Shown: piece by piece, positions 40,994-55,109 of the stretch
How positions within the stretch are numbered: the stretch's first letter is position 1
Layout of the letters: the number at the start of each line of letters is the position of its first letter
DNA from: Octopus vulgaris
Lineage: Eukaryota
DNA length: 64,000 bases
Direction of reading: 5' to 3'
Assembly (NCBI GenBank): GCA_951406725.2
Contig: OX597814.1
Span: 33,356,001-33,420,000 of the forward strand
Notes under the pieces: model-generated
What the model was told of the DNA's origin: nothing
Database searches by the model: none
What the model saw: only the letters and a program-made list of their open reading frames with translations
Position numbers and translations under genes: made by a program

Positions 40994-41272
40994 CCCAAAA
41001 ATTCCTGCAACACACATAGGACGAAAATACATATAAATTGAAATTCAGGTTGACCTCCTAAGTATGTCCTGTTTATTTAGATAGTAATATTTTAATTTTT
41101 TCTTAATCAGTGACCAATAACTCTGCACCATATCTAAATTCACTAATTCATGTTCCACTTAAGGCTAATGTTTTGGGGGATTTTTTTTTAAATACATTCT
41201 GATCTAATTAAAATACTACAATTCTCTGCTGGAATTCAATCCAATATTATAGCAGTATTTTATATCTAAATA

Positions 41273-41503
41273 AGGCGGCGAGCTGGCAGAAACGTTAGCA
41301 CGCCGGGCGAAATGCTTAGCAGTATTTCGTCTGCGTTACGTTGTGAGTTCAAATTCCGCCGAGGTCTACTTTGCCTTTCATCCTTTCGGGGTTGATTAAA
41401 TAAGTGCCAGTTACGCACTGGGGTCGATGTAATCGACTTAATACCTATGTCTGTCCTTGTTTGTCCCCTCTGTGTTTAGCCCCTTGTGGGTAATAAAGAA
41501 ATA
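41273..41503 (+). mobile_element. SINE family B, full length
   Basis: Consensus match; TSD agtattttata(tct/gcc)aaat. Confidence 0.92.
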
Positions 41504-41721
41504 AGTATTTTATAGCCAAATTAGATTTCCAAGCCTCCTTTTCACATTCTTTGCACGCAAAACTTGTAGTCCTTACAAAAATACATCCGTAGTCAAAACT
41601 ACATACTCTTGGTACGCTCCAATCCACGTTAGTGAGTGGACCTTGGATAAAACTGCATAGACTATTCACGAGGTCAATGTGACAAGATGCAAATGTAATT
41701 GTTAGATGTCTGTGAAGTAGA

Positions 41722-41803
41722 AACGTGTGGGGGGACAAATTTAAATCAAATACGTGGGGGGACAAATTTAAATCAAATATGTGGGGGGCAAATTTAAATC
41801 AAA
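41722..41803. repeat. Minisatellite of about 27 bp x3
   Basis: gtgggggggacaaatttaaatcaaa-like unit repeated three times. Confidence 0.85.
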
Positions 41804-42319
41804 CATATATATATATATATATATATAATTAGACAAACTTACGCAGATGTACTAATCTCTGTATTCGTTGTTACGATGCTGGAAATATAAACGGTTAAAT
41901 ACTCACAATCCAGAGAAGTGTCCCCAAGATCTAAGCATCGGATAAAATATAGAGGGATTGCTTACCTCAAGTAATTCTAGGTAATCATTACAAGTCGATG
42001 CAGTTAGCTTTAACTTGATTATAACTACTTGTGGATAATTACAAAGGTGCTTGAATAGTACCCACCTGGATATGGTAAGATCAACAAAAAATGTACTCTA
42101 TCTGGTGAGAGAAAAATATTATTTAATAAATACAGTGTATATTTTTATAAGCTGGGGTGGTAAGTAGCTTGCTTACCAACCACATGGTTCCGGCTTCATT
42201 CCCACTGTGTGTCACCTTGGGCAAGTGTCTTCAACTATAGCCTCGGGCCGACCAAAGCCTTGTGAGTGGATATGGTAGACAGAAACTGAAAAAAGCCCGT
42301 CGTATATATGTATGTATCA

Positions 42320-43744
42320 AAAAAAGGCTTTTTCGTTCGTCCTCTTGTGTGTTTGATTTCCTGTATCGTATTTCTCTTTTTATTTTCTCGTTTTGTAATT
42401 AATTGTATTTTTTGTACTTGTATTTTTTGTACATGTATTTTAATTTTGCAGTCTTTTTGTTACGTCTTGTTTGTGTTCGTACTCATTTTGCCCCGCTGCT
42501 TGGAATTTTATTTTAATTCTCTCGCAGGAAGGCCTAGGGTTAGTGTTCTGTCTATGCCTTCGAAACATGCCTGACTCCATAAGCGACAGCTGATGACGGG
42601 GGTTTTGTCCTTGTGTAGCTCGTCCTGTAATTGTTTTTCGTTTTCTTGTTTTTCGTTTTTCGTTTTCTTATTTTTTGTTTTTTGGGTTTTTTTTCGTTTC
42701 TACGTCTTATTGTGATGTCCTGTACTCACGTATAATTATTTATATATGCATGTATATATACATGTAGATGTAGGTACGTACATATATGTTTGTATGTATG
42801 CATATATTTTTATTTATCACCTTATTGTCTGACAGCGCCCCGCATCAGGTTCGTTCCGATTCGTCGTTTCGGTCCACTTCTTTGTTCCTTTTTTTATATT
42901 ATTATATTTAAGATGCGGAACTCTCTCCCTTTGCTTTAACCTCTTCATTCTCTCTCCCTCCCACTCCTCCTCTCTCTTCGCCGCGTGTCCCCCTCCTCCT
43001 TCCTTCTTCTTTACTGCCAGCTTATAAAACAAAATTCCTTTACACGTGGTTCTCACTATTGAAAAGACTGCCTCCACGCGCTATACTTTACCATTCGTCT
43101 TCGCCAGCATAAAGGCTTTTTCGTTCGTCCTCTTGTGTGGTTGATTCCCTGTATCGTATTCTTTTTATTTTCTCGTTTTGTAACTAATTGTATTTTTTGT
43201 ACATGTATTTTTATTTTTGCAGTTTTATTGTTTGTCTATGCCAAAAAAAGACTTTTTCGTTCGTCCGCTTGTGTGTTTGATTTCCTGTATCGTATTTCTC
43301 TTTTTATTTTCTCGTTTTGTAATTAATTGTATTTTTTGTACTTGTATTTTTTGTACATGTATTTTAATTTTGCAGTCTTATTGTTACGTCTTGTTTGTGT
43401 TCGTACTCATTTTGCCCCGCTGCTTGGAATTTTATTTTAATTCTCTCGCAGGAAGGCCTATTGGATTAGTGTTCTGTCTATGCCTTCGAAACATGCCTGA
43501 CTCCACTAGCGACAGCTGATGACGGGGGTTTTGTCCTTGTGTAGCTCGTCCTGTAATTGTTTTTCGTTTTCTTGTTTTTCGTTTTTCGTTTTCTTGTTTT
43601 TTGTTTTTTGTTTTTTTTTCGTTTCTACGTCTTATTGTGATGTCCTGTACTCACGTATAATTATTTATATATGCATGTATATATACATGTAGATGTAGGT
43701 ACGTACATATATGTTTGTATGTATGCATGTATTTTTATTTATCA

Positions 43745-43746
<2 letters not shown>
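42320..43746 (+). mobile_element. Non-coding element with about 500-bp near-identical direct repeats
   Basis: 42320-42821 vs 43245-43746, with a partial third copy at 43110-43225; ends in (TA)n. Confidence 0.8.
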
Positions 43747-43797
<51 letters not shown>

Positions 43798-43845
43798 GAA
43801 AACGTCAAGGTAGAAAATGCTAAAATAATTTTATAAAATACATTT

Positions 43846-43887
43846 CAGTACCGGTTTCAGTCAGAAAAAGTGAGACTTTTTTAACTG
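43846..43887 (-). ncRNA. Degenerate hammerhead motif in a 120-bp (TA)n insert
   Basis: Minus strand: cag TTAAAAA agtc...gact GAAA ccgg TA ctg; stems intact, CUGANGA box decayed. Confidence 0.5.
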
Positions 43888-43913
43888 TAAGTATGGAGAG
43901 CAATTACATTTTG

Positions 43914-43995
<82 letters not shown>

Positions 43996-44020
43996 GTATA
44001 TTTATACATACATACATACA

Positions 44021-44079
<59 letters not shown>

Positions 44080-44263
44080 ATATGTATGTATATATATATA
44101 TTTATATATATATATATATATACACATATATACGACGGGCTTTTTTCCGTTTCTGTCTAACAAATCCACTCACAAGGCTTTGGTCGGCCCGTGGCTATAG
44201 TAGAAAACACTTGCCCAAGGTGCCAAGGTGTGTATATAAATATATATATATATATATAAATAA

Positions 44264-44307
<44 letters not shown>

Positions 44308-45079
44308 ATACGTATGTATGTATGTATTTATGTATATATATATGTGTGTATATGTCTGTGTGTCTGTGTTTGTCCCCCAACATCGCTTGATAACCGACGG
44401 TGGTGTGTTTACGTCCCCGTAACTTAGCGGTTCAGCAAAAGAGACCGATGGAATAAGGACTAGACTTACAAAGAATAAGTCCTGGGGTTGATTTGCTCGA
44501 CTAAAAGGCGGTGCTCCAGCATGGCAGCAGTCAAATGACTGAAACAAGTAAAAGAGTAAAAGAGTAAGCTAGGTAAACACTAATGGAAAACGTTACTCTA
44601 TTGAGCTGCCCTGACAGTAGTTATTGTAGTGGAGATAGTCAATTCTATAAAGTAGGAAGTGAAAAGTTAGAATTTTAAACCTAAGAGTAACGAAGAAGAT
44701 GCGCAAAATATACATATTCAATGACATTTTTCTACATATTACAGAAATGCTAAATAATTTTTTTAGTCATAGCCATGTATACTGCCATTTCATCTTTTTT
44801 GAAATCCTCAGCATTACAAATGCCCTAAGCAAATATATTACCTTAAATTAAACATTTTACGAAGCGAGATAGTTTAGGAGACATTTAAGAGATGTTTTTA
44901 TTGCTCGCTCTACATAATTCTACATAAATTTTCAACAATTGAATCAAGTCATACACATTACGCTAAAATATGTACACTGACAACTTACGTAAGTCACAAA
45001 TAAAAATAGGCATTCATGATGTATGAATAAGCAAAATTCTAATTCCGGCAGTAAAATCTGCAGATCACACTAGCCCTGC

Positions 45080-45666
45080 CTTTTATTGATAAGGAACAGC
45101 GAAGGCCTACATCATTTCATCCTGAAAATGAGACTATGAAGGTGTACAAATTTGATGGTGGATTTAAGGGTTATTTTCAAACAAAATACATGGAGCTAGT
45201 AAACTGTTATATTACCCAATCGTTCTCTACGGGGCACAAACTTGAACAATGTACTGGACAATAGAAAAGAAGATAGATGCCTTTGAGATGTGTATATTTC
45301 GTAGATTTAGCAGAATAAGCTAGAAAGAGAGGGTAACACAGGGTGCAGAATTAGAAAAGATGAAAATCCAAAGACAGTTGTTGTTGAGAATCAAGTCCAT
45401 AAAGCTATCATACGTTATACAAGCGATGCGACATGGCATCACAGCACAAGACCATTCTAATAGAAAATGGGGAGAGGAAGAGAGCAAGGGGATTCAAGCG
45501 TATTTATGGAATGGCAACTCAAAGAATGGACTGGAAACAGGAGCGTTGCTACTTGTATATATTTATGCAGCACAAGACAGAAGGAACGGAGAAAGAGGGA
45601 GAGCACCTAACTAAAGACGACGATGATGTTGATGATGATGTTGATGATGATTATGATGATGATGAT
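45080..45666 (+). mobile_element. RTE-clade LINE 3' fragment with (GAT)n tail
   Basis: PIVLYGAQT*T...KKIDAFEMCIFRRFSRIS*KERVT; AAQDR near the end. Confidence 0.8.
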
Positions 45667-45752
45667 ATGCGTGTGTGCTTGTGTATGTTTGTGTGTGTAT
45701 GTGTGTTTCTTTGTGTGTGTGTGTGTGTGTGTGTATACAAAACAGCATCATA

Positions 45753-45917
45753 TAGGCGCAGGAGTGGCTGTGGTAAGTAGCTTGCTACCCAGCCACATGG
45801 TTCCGGGTTCAGTCCCACTGCGTGGCATCTTGGGCAAGTGTCTTCTGCTATAGCCTCGGGCCGACCAAAGCCTTGTGAGTGGATTTGGTAGACGGAAACT
45901 GAAAGAAGCCTGTCGTA

Positions 45918-45970
<53 letters not shown>

Positions 45971-46175
45971 GAGTGTATATGTTTGTCCCTCTAGCATTGC
46001 TTGACAACCGATGCTGGTGTGTTTACGTCCCCGTCACTTAGCGGTTCGGCCAAAGAGACCGATAGAATAAGTACTGGGCTTACAAAGAATAAGTCCCGGG
46101 GTCGATTTGCTCGACTAAAGGCGGTGCTCCAGCATGGCCGCAGTCAAATGACTGAAACAAGTAAGAGTAAGAGTA
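45753..46175 (+). mobile_element. SINE family A, full length
   Basis: Consensus match. Confidence 0.93.
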
Positions 46176-46589
46176 AATATTATAGAAGTACCAGTAATAT
46201 CGTGAAGGACATGCAGTTAATTATTACCAATTTAGGAAACAGGAAATTTGAAGTTTTTTTTTTATTTATTTTGTTATTAATATATTTTACCAACAGGAAT
46301 GATGACTTTATCTTCGGTACTTTCAATTCCAACACTCTGTCTAAATATATTTACATAAACAATTTTTTGTCAATAATATTTCTTTAAATGCCTTTACTGA
46401 TGCCAAACTAATAAGAAATAATTTGAAATGATTATCAGCGCAAAAATGTTTGAAATGATAAGCATAACTTGTTTCTCTTTTTTTTATATAATTGTTATTA
46501 TCATCTTGCATCATCACCACAATTATTATTGATATTATTATTAGTAGTAGCAGTAGTAACAATATTGTTGTTATTAACATTATTGGCAT

Positions 46590-46599
46590 TTATTATTAA

Positions 46600-46642
<43 letters not shown>

Positions 46643-46738
46643 TAATGTTATGATTATTATTATCATTGTCGTGGTTATTATTATTTCAGATTATTATTAT
46701 CATTATAACTATTTCTACAGCTGGCATTAATATCGCTA

Positions 46739-46777
<39 letters not shown>

Positions 46778-46796
46778 AACAAATCATCATCATCAC

Positions 46797-46859
<63 letters not shown>

Positions 46860-46860
46860 A
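46590..46860. repeat. (TTA)n/(TCA)n microsatellites
   Basis: Direct sequence. Confidence 0.9.
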
Positions 46861-47454
46861 AGCTTGCTTTTGCGAATAAGGCGATAAATGGTTGCATCTT
46901 TCACATGCTTGTGAAAAGTTGATGAAATTGTTGGAAAGACACCCGTAAATGCTGAAGGCTAATCAGTTACTACTGATAGAATTTCAATATAGGTGAGGAA
47001 AAAGCAACAACAAAAATACAAATATAAAATACAGAATACAAAAAAAATCAAACATATAGAAACAAAACTAAGGAAGAAATGCTGGAAGAATTGGTAAAAT
47101 CCAATTGTCAAAGTTTAATGCTTCGGGCTTATTGGCAACGACGATAAACATTTGAGAACTGTTATTCCTAACGTTTTTGCCTTACTTCGATTACAGAGGA
47201 AGATAACAGAAATACTAGCGATATATGGTAAGTCTAAAACGGCAAAAGGTTCTTCTGAAAAATAGAAATGAAAATAAATAAATAAAAAAAAATTGTCTGC
47301 CCGAGGAAGCAATATAGCTAATGTAAACAGAACTGGGGAATTATTTTGCTAGATCTGTAGGTGAATACGAAGTGTGCGTGTATGCGAGTGCATACTTAGA
47401 TATACGCGTGTGTGTAAATACATACATACACACAGACACACACACACACACATG

Positions 47455-47507
<53 letters not shown>

Positions 47508-47581
47508 TTGTGTGTGTGTATATATGTATATGTATATCTATGTATACACACACGCACGCACACGCATATATAGAGATTTTA

Positions 47582-47615
<34 letters not shown>

Positions 47616-47639
47616 ATATAGTATATATATGATATATAT

Positions 47640-47820
<181 letters not shown>

Positions 47821-47907
47821 CATATATATATATACATATATATAGGCACAGAGAGGCATAAACGTCCATCCGCATACGATGTACAATTATTGTAAAGAAA
47901 ACTTGAG

Positions 47908-48004
47908 GAAGAAGAAGAAGAAGAAGAAGAAGAAGAAGAAGAAGAAGAAGAAGAAGAAGAAGAAGAAGAAGAAGAAGAAGAAGAAGAAGAAGAAGAAGAA
48001 GAAG
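47908..48004. repeat. (GAA)n microsatellite
   Basis: Direct sequence. Confidence 0.95.
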
Positions 48005-49202
48005 ACCACCGAGGACTACTTTCGAAATTAGGAGCTAAGAGCAAGAAAAATAGAAATATACAGTTTCCTGCAATTCGATATCAATCAATGAAAGGACTAA
48101 CAAAATGAGGAAAACCAAATTGTCTTCTATAATAACCTGGGTTTAAAGAAGAAATACGCACAAAGTTTAGTTATGCAGCAATTGGCTCATATGTAAAGTG
48201 GCCAGCGGTAATTGCATGTCTTCTGTCTTCTTCTGACAGACTGCCACTAGGCACCAGTTTTTCTAATAGTTGCTTCCCTTTGTTGTTGGTGTTGGTGTTG
48301 TTGTTGTTGTTGATATATTGTTATTATTATTGATGTATTTGTCCGTGCAAAGGCTACATACATGAATATAGTACGCGCGTGTGTGCGTGGAGTAAGAGTG
48401 AAGGCGAGAAAGGAAAAAGTAAAAGTGGGTTGCGTGTATTTTTTTGGCTCATATATCAGTAAATTCTTGTGAAATATTTCTAATGAAACAAGAAATTAAA
48501 AGGAATAATTAAAAGAATAGATTGTTCTAAGAAGCTAGAGCAACTCCTTCATAAAGCATCGATCAACATTTCGTAGAAGACAATAGAGATCAGTAAGGCA
48601 ATAGCAATTTAGTACAACAGAGTAACAAATTCCTGGAGTTTACATATGTGAGCTGATCTGTACGTGATAGGAGTTAGACATGGGAAACTAACCAGATGAG
48701 AGTTAAATGCTTCGATGATGAACAGTTCGCACCGATTATCCGATATGAACCCATAGACACCTCAGTTTGCGGTTGGATTGCTAACCCACCCGACCAGAAA
48801 ATATAGATACGTAATACAAGAGAGAAGATAGCTAGAATGATTGTGCACGAAACAACGATCGGAGAGGTCTGCAGTTTATATGCAACCACTGGTACTTCGT
48901 TGAATATATGAAGCAATACATGTAAAGATCTGTAAATACACAGTTCAAATTTGTCGAGATGAATTTTGTTTTTTCATTGATTTAGTTTTTGTTTGATAAA
49001 CTTATGAAAGACAAGTATGTGATAATATTCTGATACTTTTTTCATGGTTATTTCACGTGCAAAGACAAACACATTTTTTTAATATTATAGCCGACCTAAT
49101 TCGTGCATGTAAAAAGCTTTAAACTAGAACATTTTTATGTTCAGTTATGTTTCTTTGGTATATGTAAACCTGAGACGTAGGCTGATATAATTTCATTCAT
49201 TT

Positions 49203-49362
49203 TGTGGCTGTGTGGTAAGTAGTTTGCTTACCAACCATATGGTTCCGAGTTCAATCCCACTGCGTGGCACCTTGGGCAAGTAACTTCTACTATAACCTCG
49301 GGCCGACCGAAGCCTTGTGAGTGGATTTCGTAGACGGAAACTGAAAAGAGGCTCGTCGTATT

Positions 49363-49422
<60 letters not shown>

Positions 49423-49650
49423 CATGTATGTGTGTGTCTATGTTTGTGTGTCTGTGTTTGTCCCCCCATCCCAACATCGCCTGACAACCGATGCTGGTGT
49501 GTTTACGTCCCCGTAAGTTAGCAGTTCGGCAACAGAGAATGATAGAATAAGTACTAGGTTTACAAAGTATAAGCCCTGGGATCGATTTGCTCGACTAAAG
49601 GCGGTGCTCCAGCATGGCTACGGTCAAATGACTGAAACAAGTAAAAGAGT
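49203..49650 (+). mobile_element. SINE family A
   Basis: Consensus match. Confidence 0.9.
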
Positions 49651-50929
49651 ATTATATTTTCGATTTAATCTCCGTATTTATAAGCATAGTTTATAGTTAG
49701 TCATGTCAAAAGCGCCAATGAAAAGTTGGCAGTTTTATACGAGCATTTGGAATAAAACAATATAAAATGATATCCAATCGTCTATTATGTGCGTAAAATC
49801 AATAAGCACCAATTTTCCAAACGGTCTTTTTTCCAGAAATGTAATTTTTCTGGCAGTTCCTCCTTCCCTTTGTTTCCCAACAACCTTCAACATGTAAACG
49901 TTTAATCTGACCGGACTATTAATGATATTCACTTAAACACATTAAAAAATCCAGCATATATAAAGGGCCTTGCTTTTCCTTTATCGACTAAATACTTTTA
50001 GCGATCTAGGACCACATCAAGTTGAGTAAATCTGCTGAAAAGTCATTTTCCGTTGTCAGTGTAGTGTTTTTTGTTTATATTTATTGTTTTAGCAGGGACA
50101 CCTCACTACCAATATCCCTGTCTATCTAGCTATCTGTAGGTAGTAAGGACAAATACAACTGATCGATAGAACCAACCAAACACTTTCTATAATTGATATT
50201 AACGTCAAGCCATTGAAAATTAACAGGGAAATAGTTGAATGTACCTTTCTTTCGTTGACATCGAGACGAAGTACAATGATGTCCCAACGATATAACCAGT
50301 CACTGAACATTATTCAACATTCTAAACAACGAACTCTCTCCCTCGCTTTCAGCACTCTATTTTTCTATATTTTTCTTATTCTTTTTTATTTCTTCTTACC
50401 AATTAGTATTACCGAATACGAAGCGTTTGGCTCTGCTTACACCACATTCCTGATAATAACGTATGCTAATTCTCCAACAAAATATTCTTCTAGCTGCAGT
50501 TAATCTTCATAAAGTAAAAATAAAAAAAAGATTTTTTTTTACAGTAGTTGAAAAAAAATTTACAAGACATTGTTAGTGTCCCACCTAACAATGAACCATC
50601 ATTAGCTGTTATACCAATAGATAAGCGACGAAGATATGACATCATTTCCTTGCCCACGGATATAGATACAGAAGAACCAATGTTGGTATAAGAAATCACA
50701 CTTCTTTGTCATTAACTACGAATCAGCTCTCTTATCCATTCTATCAGCTATTTTACCGAGCATAGACGGCTGCTTTTCGGTTTTTGTTTTTCCTCGGTTT
50801 TATCCCTAAACCGAAGATTAGCAGCATTACATTTTCACTACGCCGTTAGTTATACGCATTAACTTTTCAGATGCACGAAGAACAGCGTATTAACTATTTT
50901 ATACTCAATAAATTTATGCAGTGTTATTA

Positions 50930-51640
50930 TTTGTGTTTAATCCTAACTCAGCCTTGGCATTGAGCAGATTTTTTTATCAAAGACTTTCTCACTATGACCA
51001 TCCCGTCTTCTTGTATCTCTGGTAGTACATTGGATTTCAGGTGGTATAATAGGTTGTCATTTGATAGAGATGTGGTCGTTGTTTGCAGGAAGTCGAGCGA
51101 ACGCGTGAAAGATCTCTCGTTGGTGTATACTCACTATATTCTTGTTGTTTAATCCCAGCTCATATCTAACATTAAGTAGATAAACTAGGTAAGACGTTGT
51201 GATGTAAACGTTTCGCCTTTATTTTGGACATTGGATATCTTGGATATTATCCAGTGAGTTTTTCCTTTTCTTCAGTCAATTTATGTGATTTAAGAGACAT
51301 TTTGCTGCAAATATTAACTGATCGAGTAGCTACCTCAGAATTCCTTCCAGTCTTGACATTCACCTTTCTATTCTCCACCTAAGATCAGCAGAACTGTGAT
51401 CAAAAGCATTTAATGAATGAACAACCCGTCCTTTACTTAATCGGACATGTCTTCTCCTAAACTACCCAATCTGATGTAAACGTTCGTTTTCAATATTGTA
51501 GGGCGTTATATGACAGATTTTTCAGACATGGTATATCTAGAGCTACATTATGCCATGTTTTCTTTTTTTAAGACAATCTGGTGAGATTTGAAGGCTATTT
51601 CTCTGCTATTTCTAGCAAATATAGCAATCACTTATTCGTT
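50930..51640 (+). repeat. Old interspersed repeat, about 3 degenerate tandem units (also at about 130-260 and 31365-31490)
   Basis: Recurring gtttaa(t/c)cc...gatcaaa.gcatt...ccgtctt...gattt...gctatttctagca motifs. Confidence 0.5.
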
Positions 51641-51811
51641 TTATCGTTCCATTAAGGATCACAGGTAAAGTTTTCAACCTCAAATCGTAAAGAGTTTTAA
51701 CTGGATGATGAAAGTCATTTAAGGCAGAGCATTACTGTTCCTACTACTGTTAATTATAATCCAGCAATTTACGGTTTCTGATGCAATATATAATCTAATA
51801 TTTTGCTGATT

Positions 51812-52040
51812 CTTATTTCATTATTGCCCACAAGGAGCTAAACATAGAGGTGACAAATAAGGACAGACAAAGGGATTAAGTTGATTAGATCGGCCCCAGT
51901 AACAACTGGTGCTTAATTTATCGACCCCGAAAGGATGAAAGGTAATGTCGAACTCGGCGGAATTTGAACTCAGAACGTAGCGGCAGATGAAATACCGCTA
52001 AGCATTTCGCCCGGCGTGCTAACGTTTCTGCCAGCTCGCT
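51812..52040 (-). mobile_element. SINE family B
   Basis: Consensus match; TSD gctgattct. Confidence 0.9.
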
Positions 52041-52204
52041 GATTCTACCACACCGTTGTCTCCTTTTAATGCTGATCCTGATGAAGATTGATCATTTCTG
52101 TGTAGAGGGCCATGCGCTAATGACAGCAAATATGTGAGTGCCGGACCAAATGTTTAAATACTTACTTGTTCTGAATTCAAGTTATATACAAAAATATGGG
52201 TCAT

Positions 52205-52590
52205 GAGTGGTTGTGTAGTAAGTAGCTTGCTTACCAACCACAAGCGTGGCAACTTGGGCAAGAGTGTTCTACTATAGCCTCGGGCTGACCAAAGCCTTGT
52301 GAATGAATTTGGTAGACGGAAACTGAGAGAAGCCTGTCGTATATATGTATATGTATATATATGTGTGTGTTTCTGTGTCTGTTTGTCCCCCCCCCCCCAA
52401 CATCTTGACAACCGATGCTGATGTGTTTACGTCCCCACAACTTAGAGGTTCGGCAAAAGAGACCGATAGAATAAGTACTAGGCTTACAAAGAATAAAGTC
52501 TTGGTATCAGTTTGCTCGACTAAAGGCGGTGCTCCAGCATGGCCGCAGTCAAATGACTGAAACAAGCAAAAGAGCAAAAGACAAAAGAGT
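52205..52590 (+). mobile_element. SINE family A
   Basis: Consensus match with a head deletion. Confidence 0.88.
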
Positions 52591-52604
52591 CATGCTATGT
52601 CCTC

Positions 52605-52930
52605 TCAGATATAAAATAAGCACCATAATCTAGTCGATAAAATAAGTTCTGTGTCATTTACACTGATCGATAAAATGATCACCATGTTATCTACTTAGAT
52701 CAATAAAATAAATATTAGGCCGAGTAGCTTATCGATACAATAAGTACGATGCTACGTAATTTCATCGATAAAACAAACTTTATGCTATCTATTCCGATCA
52801 ATAAAATATATAACATGTCGTGTAAACTGATCATGTACTGTAATCGATAAAATAAGCACCCTACCGTGTTTTATGATCGATAAAATAAGCACCATATCAT
52901 ATGCTCTGATCGATAAAATAAATATCATAT
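52605..52930. repeat. 33-bp-period array with conserved ATCGATAAAATAA motif and divergent spacers
   Basis: Motif starts at 52634, 52667, 52700, 52732, 52765, 52798, 52831 (partial), 52844, 52877, 52910. Confidence 0.85.
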
Positions 52931-53323
52931 CATCTAGTATCATCCACATAAACCCTTGTATTATATAATATTGATAATATTCTGTGGGAAATAAAATAAG
53001 AGCAACGCAGCTGTGTATTGTTGTCGAACAATACGTCTCTGCTTTTACATTATAAATTGTATGACCTTGTACCGTCATATAAAATTACCGATGCAAGGTA
53101 AATTTGCTGCAGAATTATTAGAAGTGTCATTTTAATCATTTTTTTTTCTATAACTACGCGTTTTTCATGGTATCCTTCAGCTTATCTTCTTATGCCTCGG
53201 GTATATACAAGGCTGTTGCTTTATATTTATAGCAACTTGTTTGGCTTTTTCAGATTAGCCTGTTAAAGTGTCCATAATACTCATTTTGTTGAACAGTTTC
53301 TGACATTTCATGCAGATGATTAC

Positions 53324-53377
<54 letters not shown>

Positions 53378-53379
53378 TG

Positions 53380-53562
53380 AGACGGAAAGCTGGCAGAATC
53401 GTTAACGCGCTGGGCAAAATGTTTAGCGGCATTTCGTCTATCTTCATGTACTGAGTTCAAATTCCACTGAGGTCGATTTTGCCTTTCATCCTTTCGGGGT
53501 CGATAAAATAAGTACTAGTGGAAATCGACTTGCCCTTCCCCCGAAATTTCAGACCTGGTGCC
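53380..53562 (+). mobile_element. SINE family B variant between (TTA)n tracts
   Basis: Head and core match; tail differs. Confidence 0.8.
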
Positions 53563-53603
53563 TATATTATTATTATTATGACTATTATTATTATTATTAT
53601 TAT

Positions 53604-53694
<91 letters not shown>

Positions 53695-53698
53695 AGTA

Positions 53699-54252
53699 TT
53701 GAGTGAAACAGTAGCGTATGCTATCAAAGTGATACTAGGGTACAAATATATACGGCCTAATATACTTGTTATGACTACCCGTCTGGTAAGATTACACATG
53801 GCACATGCGTCACAAACATATGTGCGCGACGTGGTGATCTCATATCAAGATAAACAGCATATGAAATTGAAGTAGGGTGATCAGATACAATTTTTTTCCG
53901 GTTGGGTAGCCCATCTCGCTCAAAAGGTCCCTGAGTAAGAAATATTTAAAGATGAACGAAACACGAATGTTATCAGAGGTGAATTATTCTTATCCCTCCC
54001 CAAATTCCTCTTAACGCATGGCTATGATGCTCCCTCAATACTTCTGCTCGTGAACAGAGATGCACATGTTGTCAGCAACTGAAGGACGTTCTCAACTGGT
54101 TAAGGCCAAGAAACATCTATGGTATTGAGCAGAATATTTTCAGTAGCCTATTTCTGTTTTTTAATACAAAGATAAAACGTGTACATAGTAACACTTTCAA
54201 CCAGTTAAGAACAGAAACCATGAGAGCTAGTGCCTGGTACTGCATCAGGGCA
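53699..54252 (-). mobile_element. Repeat family D (about 550 bp, non-coding, in TAA repeats)
   Basis: Homologous to 54374-54933 and 59147-59677; strand inferred from (TAA)n polarity shared with the Dong fragments. Confidence 0.8.
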
Positions 54253-54263
54253 TATATTATCAC

Positions 54264-54297
<34 letters not shown>

Positions 54298-54310
54298 GTT
54301 GTTGTTGTTG

Positions 54311-54373
<63 letters not shown>

Positions 54374-54375
<2 letters not shown>

Positions 54376-54933
54376 GAGTCAGTGAGAGAGCAGCGCATGC
54401 CATCAAAATGACACAGGGGTGCAAATATACGAAGCCCAGTATACCCATCATGACTACCCGTCTGATAAGGGTATACTAGGCACATGCATCACAAACATAT
54501 ATGCGCGACATGGTGATCTCATATCAAGATAAACAGGGCATGATCTTGCAGGTGAGGCCCAGTTTGAATTCTTGAATTCAGTAGTCCTTCCCGCTTAAAT
54601 GGTCCCTAAATAAGGTTTGTTTTAAGGATGATGAACAAAACACCCCTGTTTTCAGAGGTGAATTATTCAAACCCCAAACAATCCCTTTCAACACATGGCT
54701 ATGGTGCTCCCCCACTACTTCTGCTCGTGATCAGAGATGTACATATCGTCAGCCAGTAATGGACATGCTCAACTGGTTATGGTCAAACAACTGACAAGCA
54801 AACCTGTGATACTGAGCAGAATATTTGTTGTCACCCAGCTATTATACTAAGACAAAACAATGTATATGATAACGCTTTCAATCAGTAAAGATCAAAAGCC
54901 ATAAGAGCCGCTACCTGGTACTGCATCAGGGCA
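54374..54933 (-). mobile_element. Repeat family D
   Basis: Flanked on both sides by (TTA)n; same termini as 53699-54252. Confidence 0.82.
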
Positions 54934-54946
54934 ATTATTATTATTA

Positions 54947-54995
<49 letters not shown>

Positions 54996-55109
54996 CATCA
55001 TCATCATCATCATCATCATCATTATTTCTCTTTATCACAGGGTTTGTTGGAGCTCCTGGAATCTTGCATGCGCAGCGGACTTGCTACCTGCAGCCTATCC
55101 GTTCTTTGA

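Larger units (their letters stand above)
42155..44566 (+). mobile_element. SINE family A split by about 2 kb of nested inserts
   Basis: Head 42155-42305, tail 44350-44566; an inverted SINE A fragment lies at 44130-44230. Confidence 0.75.

Noticed and set aside
52605-52930. CRISPR array
   Set aside because: Eukaryotic context, degenerate repeat of about 13-18 bp, related spacers, no cas genes
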